In this document: positions 1 through 10,785 of the stretch, piece after piece
How positions within the stretch are numbered: the stretch's first letter is position 1
Layout: every line of letters starts with the position of its first letter
NCBI GenBank assembly: GCA_030390025.1
Contig: CM059425.1
Coordinates: 167,836,001-167,900,000 of the forward strand
Length of the DNA: 64,000 nt
Direction of reading: 5' to 3'
Origin: Squalus acanthias
Lineage: Eukaryota
The notes under the pieces: generated by a model
Seen by the model: the letters and a program-made list of their open reading frames with translations, nothing else
Told to the model about the DNA's origin: nothing
The model's database searches: none
Position numbers and translations under genes: made by a program

Positions 1-878
1 CCCAGGGGATCTGTCAGCTTTTAGTCCCATTAGTTTCTCTCGTACTTTTTCTCTACTTATATTAATTACGTTAAGTTCCTCACCCTCATTAGACCCTTGG
101 TTCCCCACCATTTTTGGTATGCTTTTTGTGTCTTCTAATGTGAAGACAGAAGCAAAATATTTGTTTAACGTTTCTGCCATTTCCTTATTCCCCATAATAA
201 TTTTTCCTGTCTCAGCATCTAAGGGACCAACGTTTACTTTTGCTACTCCCTTCCTTTTTACATACTTGTAGAAGCTCTTACAATCTGCTTTTATATTTCT
301 TGCTAGTTTTCTCTCATATTCTATTTCTTCCCTTTTTTAAATTTTTTGGTCAACCTTTGCTGGTTTCTGAAACTCTCCCAATCCTCAGGCTTACTATTAT
401 TCTTTGCAGCATTATAAGCTTCTTCTTTCAATCTAATGCTATCCTTAACTTCTTCAGTTAGCCACGGTTGGATCACTTTTCCTGTGGGGTTTTTGTTTCT
501 CAATGGAATGTATTTTTGTTGAGAATTATGAAATATTTCTTTAAATGCTAGCCACTGCTTATCTACCGCCATACCTTTTAATCTATTTTTCCAATCTACC
601 TTAGTGAACTCGCCCCTCATACCTATGTAATTGGCTTTATTTAAGTTTAAGACTCCAGTTTCGGACTTAGGCAAGTCACTCTCAAACTTAATGTGAAAAT
701 CTATCATATTATGATCACTGTGCCCCAGAGGATCCTTTACTATGAGATTGCTAATTAACCCTGTCTCATTACACAATACAAGATCTAAAATAGCCTGTTC
801 CCTGGTTGGTTCCATGACATATTGCTCCAGGAAACTGTCTCGAATGCATTCCATGAACTCGTCCTCCAGACTACCTCC
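1..878 (-). mobile_element. CR1 LINE ORF2 fragment (end of the AP-endonuclease domain and tether), truncated by the window edge
   Basis: ORF 321..899 has CR1 endonuclease motifs PTREQAILDLVL and LGHSDHNMI, followed by the PWLT tether region. Confidence 0.85.
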
Positions 879-899
879 ATGAATTACAAAGCACAACAT

Positions 900-2213
900 A
901 AGCGCACATTCGTTTTTATGGTAAGTTCAAAGTGAACACAAGCCAATCTATTCTTTCCCAATGCCATGGTTCCCCTGGGTGTCTACACATGTCTTTCTTT
1001 CATCTATTCTAATGCTTCTCCTAGGTGCAACCTGAGGGCCAGTATCACAAGTGATGGTTGACTGCTCATGCTCTGCAAAAGGGTCATGGGATGGTGGTGA
1101 CCCTCCTCTTCCTGCCATTGACTCCCAACAGGGAGCCGCTGCTGGCTGCATCTCTGGAGCTTGCTCCTGTGGAGCCTGGTGTCACCTCCTACATTCCACT
1201 GCTTTGTTGATCTGAAGGGTAAGCCTGTCCTAAGAGATGGCAGTATCAGCAGGTGGACTCTAGCTATCACCATTCCACTGGGCTTTATGTCCACACTGAT
1301 CAGTGGGATGGCTGGTCTAATGGTAACTATCAGATGCTGAAAGCCCACGTGCATCATGGTCGCTATGGTCTGGAAGCTGATATGCAGAGTGCTGCCTACA
1401 CCCTTCTCTATTGGCACCAGAGCTGCAGTTTGTGATTCCAGGCGGAGGCAATGACTGGTTCTTGACTGCTTCTTAGGTTGGTGTCTGCTTCAGATTCCAA
1501 TGCAGGCACTACACGCAATTGTTACTTAGAGAGAGTGAAGCATGTGCTGGTGCCCAGGATGCCCAAGGAAGAAAAAGGAGAATCTGCAGTTTGTCTCCTT
1601 ACCTGCCTTGATCAGATCACTGAACTTTTTGCAGCACTGGTTTGTAGTCCGGGGTTTAAGAGAGTTGTTACTCAGTGCCAGTGTCACCTTCCTCCACGAA
1701 CACGAAATGAGTGACATTTTTAGTATGTAGCCTGCCACGGACACCCCGCAGTCTGTCTGTCTTAAGCTCAATTTAATCCAGGAGGATTTGAAGGTTGGGT
1801 TCGGTGAAATTGTGGCATCTTCCTCTGTGTTTCTTTGCCATGCCCTGGTCCTTGATTGGCTGACTGTGCCAGTGGGGGACCTTCTTGATAAGTGGCACAA
1901 TGACAGTTACGAGGCATGTATTCAAGCTATCTGACTAAAACTCACTGAGGCAAGCACTGTTTCTTAGTTATGTGCTGCTCACTCAGCCTGCTGCTGCAGT
2001 CGTCAGCCAGAACTGCTTTTTAAGAGGCTGCACTCCAAGCACCCAGGTAGATTGCGCCTGTTTTAGATGGGCTTTACACCAATCACTATTCCAATATATA
2101 TGTAAATGAGCTGACTCCGTAAATTCTTGTGTAAATACCTCTCCAGACCATCAGCGGCACAACTTACTTTACATTGGTGTAAAAGTGCTGCAACTTACTG
2201 GAAATTCTAAACC
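900..2213 (-). mobile_element. Highly degenerate Harbinger remnant (Myb/SANT-like gene half)
   Basis: Peptide TGPQVAPRRSIRI resembles the Myb-gene C-terminus of other Harbingers here (ATGVAPHRSTHK); CCKKFSDLIK resembles CRKRFNDL; possible terminus GAAATTCTAAACCC near 2213. Confidence 0.45.
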
Positions 2214-2291
2214 CTTGTTTCCATCAAGGGTCCTTCCTGATTTTAGATAATGACCTATAACAGGGAGATTGGTGTATTGTCAGAAATCACA

Positions 2292-2422
2292 GCTCGGAAT
2301 ATCCTCGGAGCTGCTTCTGCTCTGTCGCCTTAATTTTGGTGGATGTGTAGACAGGGTTTCTGCTGCACTTCTCGCAATGTTACAGCGGCAGAGTGGGAAC
2401 ATGTCTGAGGAAATTTCCAGCC
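2292..2422. mobile_element. Small Harbinger-type MITE candidate
   Basis: Imperfect terminal inverted repeats GCTCGGAATATCCTC / GAGGAAATTTCCAGC, flanked by ACA on both sides. Confidence 0.3.
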
Positions 2423-2705
2423 ACAATTCCACCAATGTCAGAGTTAACCAAATTTTGCATAACCTCCGACAATGCATGGAAAATAATGTGAATAATCACT
2501 TGCATATAGAAAGAAAGACTACACATACTAGAAGTCTAAAATGAAAACAAAATGCTAGAAATATGTGGCATGTCCATCTGAAAAGCATTTCAGCCTCTCT
2601 CCAGGGTCCCGCTTTTCACAACATCCAATTTTATTTTAATAAACTCTTCCAATTGGATGCTGGAACTACCAAATGTCCATTAGACTCACCTTGTTGTCCA
2701 AATCT

Positions 2706-3760
2706 CAACAACAACAACACCAAATTGCATTTATATAGCACCTTTAAAGTAGTAAAATGTCCCAAGGTGCTTCGTCGGAGCGTCATCAAACAAAATTTAA
2801 CACCTAGCCACATAACGAGATATTAGAACAGGTGACCAAAACCTTTGTCAAAGAGGTAGGTTTTAAGTAGCATCTTAAAGGAGGAAAGAGAGATAGAGAG
2901 GCGGAGAGGTTTAAGGAGGAAATTCTAGAGTTTAGGGCCCAGGCAGCTGAAGGCACAGCCGCCAATGGTGGAGCGATTAAAATCAGGGATGCGCAAGAGG
3001 ACAGAATTGTAGGAGTGTAGATATCTCGAAGGGTTGTAGGGCTGGAGGAGGTTACAGAGATAGAGAGATGTGAGGCCATGGAGGGGTTTGAAAACAAGGA
3101 TGAGAATTTTTAAATCGAGGCATTGCCGGGCCAGGAGCCAATGTAGGTCAGCGAGCACAGGGGTGATGGGTGAACAGAACTTGGTGCGAGTTAGGATACA
3201 AGCAGACGAGTTTTGGAAAAGCTTAAGTTTATGGAGGGTGAAAGATGGGAGGCCGGCCAGGAGCGCATTGGAATAGTCATGTCCAGAGGTAACAAAGGCA
3301 TCTATGAGGGTTTCAGTAGTTGATGAGCTGAATCACAGAATCACAGAATCCCCACAGTGCAGATAGAGGCCATTTCGGCCCATCGAGCCTGCACCGACAC
3401 ATATCCCACCCTATCCCCGTAACCCCACGTATTTAATCCCCCCTAACACTAAGGGTCAATTTATCATAGCCAAATCAACCTAACCCGCACATCTTTGGAC
3501 TGTGGGAGGTAAACCGGAGCACCCGGAGGAAACCCACGCAGACACGGGGAGAATGTGCAAACTCCACACAGACAGTCACCCGATGCCGGATTCGATCCTG
3601 GGTCCCTGGCGCTGTGAGGCAACAGTGCTAACGACTATGCCACCGTGTTGCCCAAGGCAGGGGTGGAAATGGGTGATATTATGGAGGTGGAAGTAGGCAG
3701 TATTGGTGATGGAGTGGATATGGAGTCGAAAGCTCATCTCCAGGTCAAATAGAACACTAA
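2706..3760 (-). mobile_element. L2 LINE 3' fragment, interrupted by an HE1 SINE and by Harbinger A; continues at 15064-15125
   Basis: L2 RT C-terminal motif LADLHWL...LKILILVFKPLHG (ORF 2925..3158); (CAA)n = (GTT)n tail at ~2706-2718; L2 sequence resumes after 15063 (GGTTGCGAATGGTCTAGTTC). Confidence 0.8.
3331..3653 (-). mobile_element. HE1-type tRNA-derived SINE (V-SINE) of elasmobranchs
   Basis: tRNA-like head (minus strand GGGCAACACGGTGGCATAGTCG...GGATCGAATCC); V-domain AAACCGGAGCACCCGGAGGAAACCCACGCAGACACGGGGAGAATGTGCAAACTCCACAC; CR1-like (ATTCTGTG)n tail. Confidence 0.85.
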
Positions 3761-4287
3761 GGCTGGAATTTTCTGGGGTCCGTACAGGCGCAATTGGAGG
3801 GGGTCGGGTGGGAAATATGAAATATCTTGCAGCGGGTCGGGAACCCGCCGTCATCCCGCCCCCACACGCCTTTCCCTCGGATGTGTTTGCTGGCGCGGCA
3901 GCGCCCCGTACGACAGAGGCGGGCGAGCTAATTTAAATCAATATGAGGTACTTGTCAGACCCTTAGGCGCCTTTTTCACCCTTCCTTTCAAATTTCCCTG
4001 GATGAGCACGAGAATCACGCAGCTCAGGAACCATGTCTGTGAACCTGAGATGGAAGTTGAGTGGCTCATTAATGCACAGCATGAAAACTACAATAAAAAC
4101 TTCCACCTCACAGCTGATCACTTTCATAAGGCAGATGCTGTTGCTGACTGCATTGTCAGCACAGATTTAGCTTTCTAGAGGTTACAAGTGTTTCCAGCAA
4201 CTAGTGTCACTTCATTGGTAGAACCTATCACACCATTGACAGATTATTTCTGTCATCTCTACTTGACCTGCCATCTATTCCATCAAC

Positions 4288-4487
4288 ATGGGTGCCATTT
4301 ATACTGTCTCACCTTGGTCCTTAGAATCTGACCACGATGAGCCCCAACCCCAGCAGCACCAGGCACACCAGCAGTACCAACAACAACACCACCAACTTTC
4401 TCCTCAACCACCTGATGCTGCACAGGACAGAGCGCATCAGCGCAGGGCTGCACCGCGCCAGAGACGATACAGGTGCAGGGAGTCATT
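4288..4487 (+). pseudogene. Harbinger A transposase, N-terminal piece fused by deletion to the VQGVI motif
   Basis: MGAIYTVSPWS...QRRY is followed directly by GTG CAG GGA GTC ATT (VQGVI) and then the nested insertion. Confidence 0.7.
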
Positions 4488-5017
4488 GGGCTCGATTTTG
4501 CCAGACCCGAGGAGGCGGGATTGGAGGTGTGTGAGGTGCTAAAATCGCAAAAAATGGCAGGTGGATCCGATCCCGCCTCCAGCCCGCCTCTAAGCAATTT
4601 TCCCAAAATCGGGGTTTCAGACCCCTTTTCCATCCCACCTCCAAGAGGCGGGATAGGCCCTTAAGGCCCTTAACAATCAGTTAAGTGCCTCTATAATCCC
4701 ATTTTGAGAGGCCTTTCTGAATTTAACACATTTCCCCCATGCTGCACATCTGCTCTGGAATACGTCATTTAATCCTGGCGGCCTCACGAGTGGATTGCTT
4801 ACTAACAGCTGCAGCTCCACCATTAAAAAGGAGTTTTCAGCAATCATCATTTGCAGGTGGCAGAACTTTGTTGTCTCAGGTCTGGGAGAACTTTTAGCAG
4901 GCCTACTTATTGTTGTGGAAGTTTGGAGCCTGAGACCCATCTCCAGTGTGACCTCCTGGGAAACCCCTCTCCCCACCTTGACTGAGCGCTTCCTCAACTG
5001 AGGTATATACCAGAAGC

Positions 5018-5537
5018 ATGGCGACCATTTATTTCCTTTCCTCCTGGACATCAGATTCAGACGAAGACCAGCTATGGCAGCAGCAGCACCCGGAACAACA
5101 GCAGCACCAACAGCAGGAGCAACAACAGGAGTGCCAAGCTGCTGCTCACCCACCTGAAGCTGCACAGGCCAGAAGGCGCCAGCGCATGGAAGCACGTCAC
5201 CGCAGGAGATACCCCCAAAACAGGGTTTACAGTCAGAGGATGAGCTACCTCAACATGACTGAGCAGCAGTGCCAAAGGAGGCTCAGACTTTCGTGAGAGG
5301 TAGTGGGTGACGTCTGCGCAATGCTGCAGCAAGACCAGGAGCCCAGAGGAGTGGGTGGACACCCCTTACCAGTGGCTGTCAAAGTCACCACTGCACTCAA
5401 CTTTTTTGCTTCAGGCTCATTCCAGGGATCAACAGCGGTGTCTCCCAGGTGGCTGCACACACTTGCATCACGCAGGTAACCGATGCCCTCTTTGCCATCA
5501 TGCACAATTACATCAACTTCTCCAAGACCCTGGTGAC
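5018..5537 (+). pseudogene. Harbinger B transposase N-terminal half (premature stop, frameshifts, truncated)
   Basis: RRRYPQNRVYSQRMSYLNMTEQQCQRRLRLS*, then PVAVKVTTALNFFASGSFQ, a HARBI1-like motif. Confidence 0.8.
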
Positions 5538-5539
5538 TT

Positions 5540-7005
5540 AGCTCCTCCATGGCCGTAGCCATCCTCTCCTCTACCGTAGCCATCCTCTCCTCTACGGTAG
5601 CCAGCCTTACCACGGAGGTAGCCATCCTTTCCAGGGATGTTGCCATCCTTTCTGTGGTTATGCGTTCATGCGCCAATGCCTCCACATAGGCTCTGCTCAT
5701 GTTAGCGATGGACTCCTCCATTTGCTCCACACTGGCAGCGACCTTGGAGACAAAACCTGCCAGAGACACCTGCACCTGTTCCTGGAGTTCCAGCACCACT
5801 CTCCTTCTGGATGGACCCGGAGGCACAGGGTCGACATGCAGCGGAGCCGAGCTGGGAGAGTCCTGCGCCCTCCGACAAGGACTCTCCACTGCTGTTCCTG
5901 TCTCCACCATCTGCTGATGCTCACTTGTGAGCTGTGATATACCAGGTGACAACTCTACTCTATCTCCCAAAGGTCCCACCGAGGTGTGAGTGTCTGCGCT
6001 GGTGCTGGGTGCATTTAATTCTGCTGACGCTGCGCCCTCAGAGGTTGCAGCTTCCTCTGAGGAGTCTGGTGGCTCAGGGTGTTCCTCCTGGACAGTGGGG
6101 AGGGGGGCTATCGATGGTCCTGTGGGGGAGTAAAGGAAAGAGTTAGACATGTGAGATAAACGTTGCATGCACATTGAATTGTGCAGATGATCATAAGTCA
6201 ATCTGTTAGAGCATCAGAATCAATATCAGTCACTCATGCAATGTCAATGAGAGAGATGAAAAACTATTCTGTCACCAGCTTGTTCTGATGCGTCCATCTG
6301 TCCGTCCCCCACTTGCGCATCCTCCTCCACTCCCATGATCTCCAGGGCCATCTCCTCTGCAGTGGTGAACTGGGCTATTGAGGGTGGCCCTCCTCCTGTC
6401 CTCGCCTTCTCCCTCTTATTGTGGGCTCTCTTTTCCTGCAATGAGGGACACAAGTGGAGTTTCAGTGAGAATGAAGGAGTGAGTGTAGAGAATCCATAGC
6501 ATAGATGCTTAGAAGGACACAAAGATGGAGTGAGGTGCCAAGACCAAGGGTGTGTTGTAAGTTGTTGTCATTGCATCACAGTGATAGGGAGTGTGAGGGC
6601 TGCATAGTCGAATAGTTAAGTGAATGTGAACATACAGAGAGAGGGAATGATTAAGGGTGCAGGGATGTAAGGGTCAAGTGGGATGTGGAGGAGGAGGTTG
6701 ACAAAGCAGAGTGCTGGTGATGAGAGGCGATGGGGATCAGATTGAGGGTCATGGGGATGGAATGCTCACTTTTCCTGTGCAGGAAGGTCATGAAACCTCT
6801 TTCGGCACTGCAGCCAGGTTCTGCTGCACATTGAAATGGCATTCACCTCCTGTGCCACTTGCAGCCACACAGCTTTGGTCTGATGTGGAGGCTTTTTCCT
6901 CCCAGAAGAAGGAAACAGCACTTCCTTATTTGCTCTTGCTCCCTCCACCAGAGCTTGCACGGAGTTCTCATCGAAGCGGGGTGCACACTTTGGTCTGGTG
7001 CCTAA
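5540..7005 (-). pseudogene. Harbinger B Myb/SANT-like DNA-binding protein gene, three exons (~7005-6770, 6435-6276, 6119-~5540), 3'-truncated
   Basis: WLQVAQEVNA...RTWLQCRKRFHDL; EKRAHNKREKARTGGGPP; GT/AG sites read on the minus strand at 6769, 6436, 6275 and 6120. Confidence 0.75.
5560..5664 (-). repeat. Five degenerate 21-bp tandem units encoding heptads (ERMATVE-like)
   Basis: CATCCTCTCCTCTACCGTAGC / CATCCTCTCCTCTACGGTAGC / CAGCCTTACCACGGAGGTAGC / CATCCTTTCCAGGGATGTTGC / CATCCTTTCTGTGGTTATGCG. Confidence 0.85.
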
Positions 7006-7193
7006 TATGGTTTTTGAACTAATCCCTCAGAAGTAAATAGCAAAAGTTGTAAGGCAGAAAAAGAACCAAGGCTGCTTGCAGGCCTTAAATGCAGCTGCAT
7101 AGATGACGTCATCAGAGGCGAGTTTCACGACCAAAAGACTCATTGGGCCAGGGGTTCCCACACGCTCGAAATCAAGTGCCCAATTAGGGCAAA

Positions 7194-7964
7194 ATGGCTC
7201 AATTTTCCCGCCTCACATCGGAGACGGGATCTGGACCTGCCGACCACCTGATCCAACCCCAACCCGCCTCCACTGACAAAATCCAACCCATTGACTGCAC
7301 ACATGTGGCCATCAGGGTACCCCATCATCACCCAGGAGTCTTTGTCAACTGCAAAGGCTTCCACTCCCTCAATGTGCAGCTGGTCTGCAACCATAGGAAG
7401 ATCATCATGCATGTGTGTGCCATATTCCCTGGCATCTGCCATGACTCTTTCGTCCTGCACCAGTCCACCCTCCCTCAGCTCTTCGCTCCTCCAAACAGAC
7501 TTTCTGGCTGGCTGCTTGGAGACAAGGGCTATCCACTGAAGATGTGGCTCATGACACCCTTGAGGAGGCCAAGTACTGAGGCTGAGGAGAGATATAATAA
7601 AAGCCACATTTCCACCAGATGTGTCATAGAGCAGAAATTGGGCATGCTAAAGATGCGCTTCAGGTGCCTTGACAGATCTAAAGGAGCCTTTCATCACGCA
7701 CCAGCCAGGATCTCCAGAATCATCGTGGTTGGCTGCACCCTGCACAACATGGCGCAGCAGCGAGAATTATCGCTGCATGAGGAGCAAGGCACTGAGGTCA
7801 CAGCCTCTTCAGAGGAGGAGGAGCAGGAAGAGGAGGAGGAGCATCAGCTGGACAACAAGGAGGAGGAGGAGCAGGAGGAACCTGCGGTCCAGATCCCACT
7901 AGCATCCGAGCACATTGCTGCCCAGGAGGCCAGGGATGGGCTCATCATGGCCAGATTTACTTAA
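7194..7964 (+). pseudogene. Harbinger A transposase catalytic (DDE_Tnp_4-type) half; the first ~32 codons come from the end of Harbinger B
   Basis: [62 protein letters not shown] and an acidic tail. Confidence 0.85.
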
Positions 7965-8233
7965 CTTCACGCATTACACCCATATGGCGGCCACATGCTG
8001 CGCCAGGTTGGCACAACCCTACAGCAACACCATAAAGCATCCTTACAATGACCAAGCCATTCCTTTCACATTGACTACCATTGCTGCAGCTCACTAAGCC
8101 GCTTCCAAAGGTGCACACAAATTTGTTCATGACCGCAAAGTGGTGAAAATAAAGATTTTTATCTGTGACATCACAGTTACAGAAACTTTACAGAAACATT
8201 TAATAAAACACCCAAATGGCTACCCTTGTGAAT

Positions 8234-10700
8234 CTACTTGTGTTTCATCTTTCTCTTATGCGTGCTTCTATGAGGTGCTACCCCTGTGGCTTCAGCAAAG
8301 GTAGAGGCAGCCTGCTCACTTCCCTGCTGCGACTGCACAGACCCTTTTGGCGGATGTCCTCTGGGTTTTGGAGCCTGTGATGGCCCCAATGAAGACTGCT
8401 CCTCTTGCGACTGTGCAGGGGCAGACTCGGCCATCGTGATCCAAGGAGAGGCATCTGGGGCTCTGTCTGAGGGGGTGGGCAACGGGGGAGAAGTGTGAGC
8501 GCTTTGAGAGGAGCTCCCACTTTCATGTCCCCTCTCACCATCATCCCTCTCCTGGGCCACCCATAGTTCCCTGCTACCAAGGAGCTAGAGAGCATCTTGC
8601 TGCACAGCAGTGGGGCCATGAGAACCCACTTCTACATTGACATCCCTCCTAGAGAGGATGTCTATGAGCCTCTGCCATCTATTCTCCATGGAGACCATGT
8701 GCTCCTGAGAGTGGCGCATTAGCTGCTCCATGCAGGTGGTCATCCTATCCATGGAAGAGCCTACAGTCGCCATTGCCTGCGACACGGTGGTGCTCATGTT
8801 GGAGATGGACTCCTCCATTCTCTGGACATTTGCAGACATTGTGGTCGCAAAACCTGTCAAAGCCTCCTGCACTTCTTGCTGCACCTCCAAGAACACCCTC
8901 TTTCAGGATGGCCCCCGAGGCTCAGCGTCTACATGCAGTTGAGCAGAGGTAGGAGCGTCCTGCGCACTCCAGCAAGGACTCTCCACTGCTGTCCCTGTCT
9001 CCACCATCTGCTCTTGCTCACTTGTGAGTTCTGAGACACCAGGTGACAACACTACTCTATCTCGTGTGGCACCCACCAAGGTGTGTGTATCTGCGCTGGT
9101 GCAGGGTGCGCTTATGTCTGGTGACGGTGCGCCCTCAGAGACTGGAGGCTCCCCTGAGGAGTCGTTGTCCTCTTCCTCCTGGACAGCGGGGGGAGCTCTT
9201 GATGGACCTGTGGGAGAGTAAAGACATGAGTTAGATATGTCATATGAAGAATGGGTACAGATACCATTATCCACATGATGAACATTCACTGGCTGCTGAT
9301 ATGAGTCCCCATATGCTGTATGCCATGTAGCTGTATGATATGTAATTCTGTCATCAGGTAGCTGAGTTATTCCCCTTTCTCCGTCTCCCACCTTCAGCTG
9401 CTCGGCGACCCCAGAGACTTCCAAGGCAGCCTCCTCTGCTGATGTTAGGGTGGCCAATGATGGAGGGCCACTTCCAGTTCTCTCCCTCTCCCTCTTATCG
9501 TGGGCTCTCTTTTCCTGCAAGGAGGGAAAGAAGAGAAGGTTGAGTGAGAGTGGTGGAATGAGTTTAAGGAATTAATGGTTTACTATAATGAAGTGGGGTG
9601 GCAATGCCAAGTGGCCTCCTTCTGTGTTGTTCGTTAGAAACATAGAAACATAGAAGATAGGAGCAGGAGTAGGCCATTCGGCCCCTCGAGCCTGCTCCGC
9701 CATTCAATGCGATCATGGCTGATCATCCAAATTCAGTACCCTGTCCCTGCTTTCTCCCCATATCCCTTGATCCCCTTAGCCTTAAGAAATATATCTAACT
9801 CTTTCTTGAATATATTTAATGAATTGGCCTCAACTGCCTTCTGTGGTAGAGAATTCCACAGGTTCACCACTCTCTGGGTGAAGAAATTCCTCCTCATCTC
9901 GGTCCTAAATGGCTTACCCCTTATCCTTAGACTGTGACCCCTGGTTCTGGACTCCCCCGCCATCGGGAACAGCCTTCCTGCATCTAGTCTGTCTAGTCCT
10001 GTTAGAATTTTATAAGTTTCAATGAGATCCCCTCTCATTCTTCTAAACTCTAGCGAATATAAGCCTAATCGACCCAATCTCTCTTCATACGTCATTCCTG
10101 CCATCCCAGGTATCAGACTGGTGAATCTTCGCTGCACTCCCTCCATGGCAAGAACATCCTTCCTCAGATAAGGCGACCAAAACTGCATACAATACTCAAG
10201 GTGTGGTCTCACCAAGGCCCTGTACAACTGCAGCAAGACATCCTTGCTCCTGTACTAGAATCCTCTCTTGCATTAGGATGAGGGTGAGTGTGAGGGGTGG
10301 CTAATCAGATGGGGATGTGATAATGTAGATAGAGAGAGAGGGATGGGTGGGCGTGCAAGGTATGTTGGTGTGAGTAAGGATGTGCAGGAGCAGGGTTGGG
10401 AAGGCAGAGTGATGGGGATGTGATGAGTGGCACAGCAGGATGAAGTTGAGTGTGGCTTTGTACTCACCTTTCCTGATCTAATGAGATTATTGAAACGTTT
10501 GCGGCACTGCACCCAGGTCCTCCTGAACACATCCCTGCTGTTGACCTCCTCTGCAATTTGGAGCCAGACTCATTTTGCCTCCTGGGTAGGTCTCTTCTGC
10601 CCATTAGAAGGGAAGTGGACCTCCCTGCGTGCTCTCATTCCCTCATATGGAGGGAGTCATCGGAGAACCTGGGTGCAGCCCACTGTCTCAGTGCAGTCAT
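8234..10700 (-). pseudogene. Harbinger A Myb/SANT-like gene (exons ~10700-10468, 9514-~9355, 9207-8234) with frameshifts; CR1 in intron 1
   Basis: AAPRFSDDSL; RRTWVQCRKRFNNLIRSGK|gtgag; EKRAHDKRERERTGSGPP; coiled-coil-like and basic C-terminus. Confidence 0.75.
9635..10271 (-). mobile_element. Young CR1 (HER1-like) LINE 3' fragment
   Basis: LYRALVRPHLEYCMQFWSPY...RGDLIETYK...RTRGH; (TTTCTATG)n tail; closely similar to 28290-29142 and 51002-51383. Confidence 0.9.
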
Positions 10701-10785
10701 GTTTGGCACACTTTGTAGCAGCCCAATTGTGCAGTGTGCTGCCTGCAATATCCTAGATGAACCTTTAAATGTAATGTGGCCATGG

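Larger units (their letters stand above)
4488..7289. mobile_element. Harbinger B (non-autonomous deletion derivative) nested in the transposase gene of Harbinger A
   Basis: TIRs GGGCTCGATTTTGCCAG / CTGACAAAATCCAACCC (14/17 match); ATT target duplication at 4485-4487 and 7290-7292. Confidence 0.85.

Noticed and set aside
2525..2590. Possible minus-strand remnant of a PLE 3' end
   Set aside because: Only weak resemblance to 56345-56395; too short to support
3600..3653. tRNA genes (also 48900-48992 and 57566-57660)
   Set aside because: The A/B boxes belong to SINE heads followed by SINE bodies; no complete cloverleaf
5560..5664. CRISPR-like array
   Set aside because: Contiguous coding tandem units without spacers, in eukaryotic DNA
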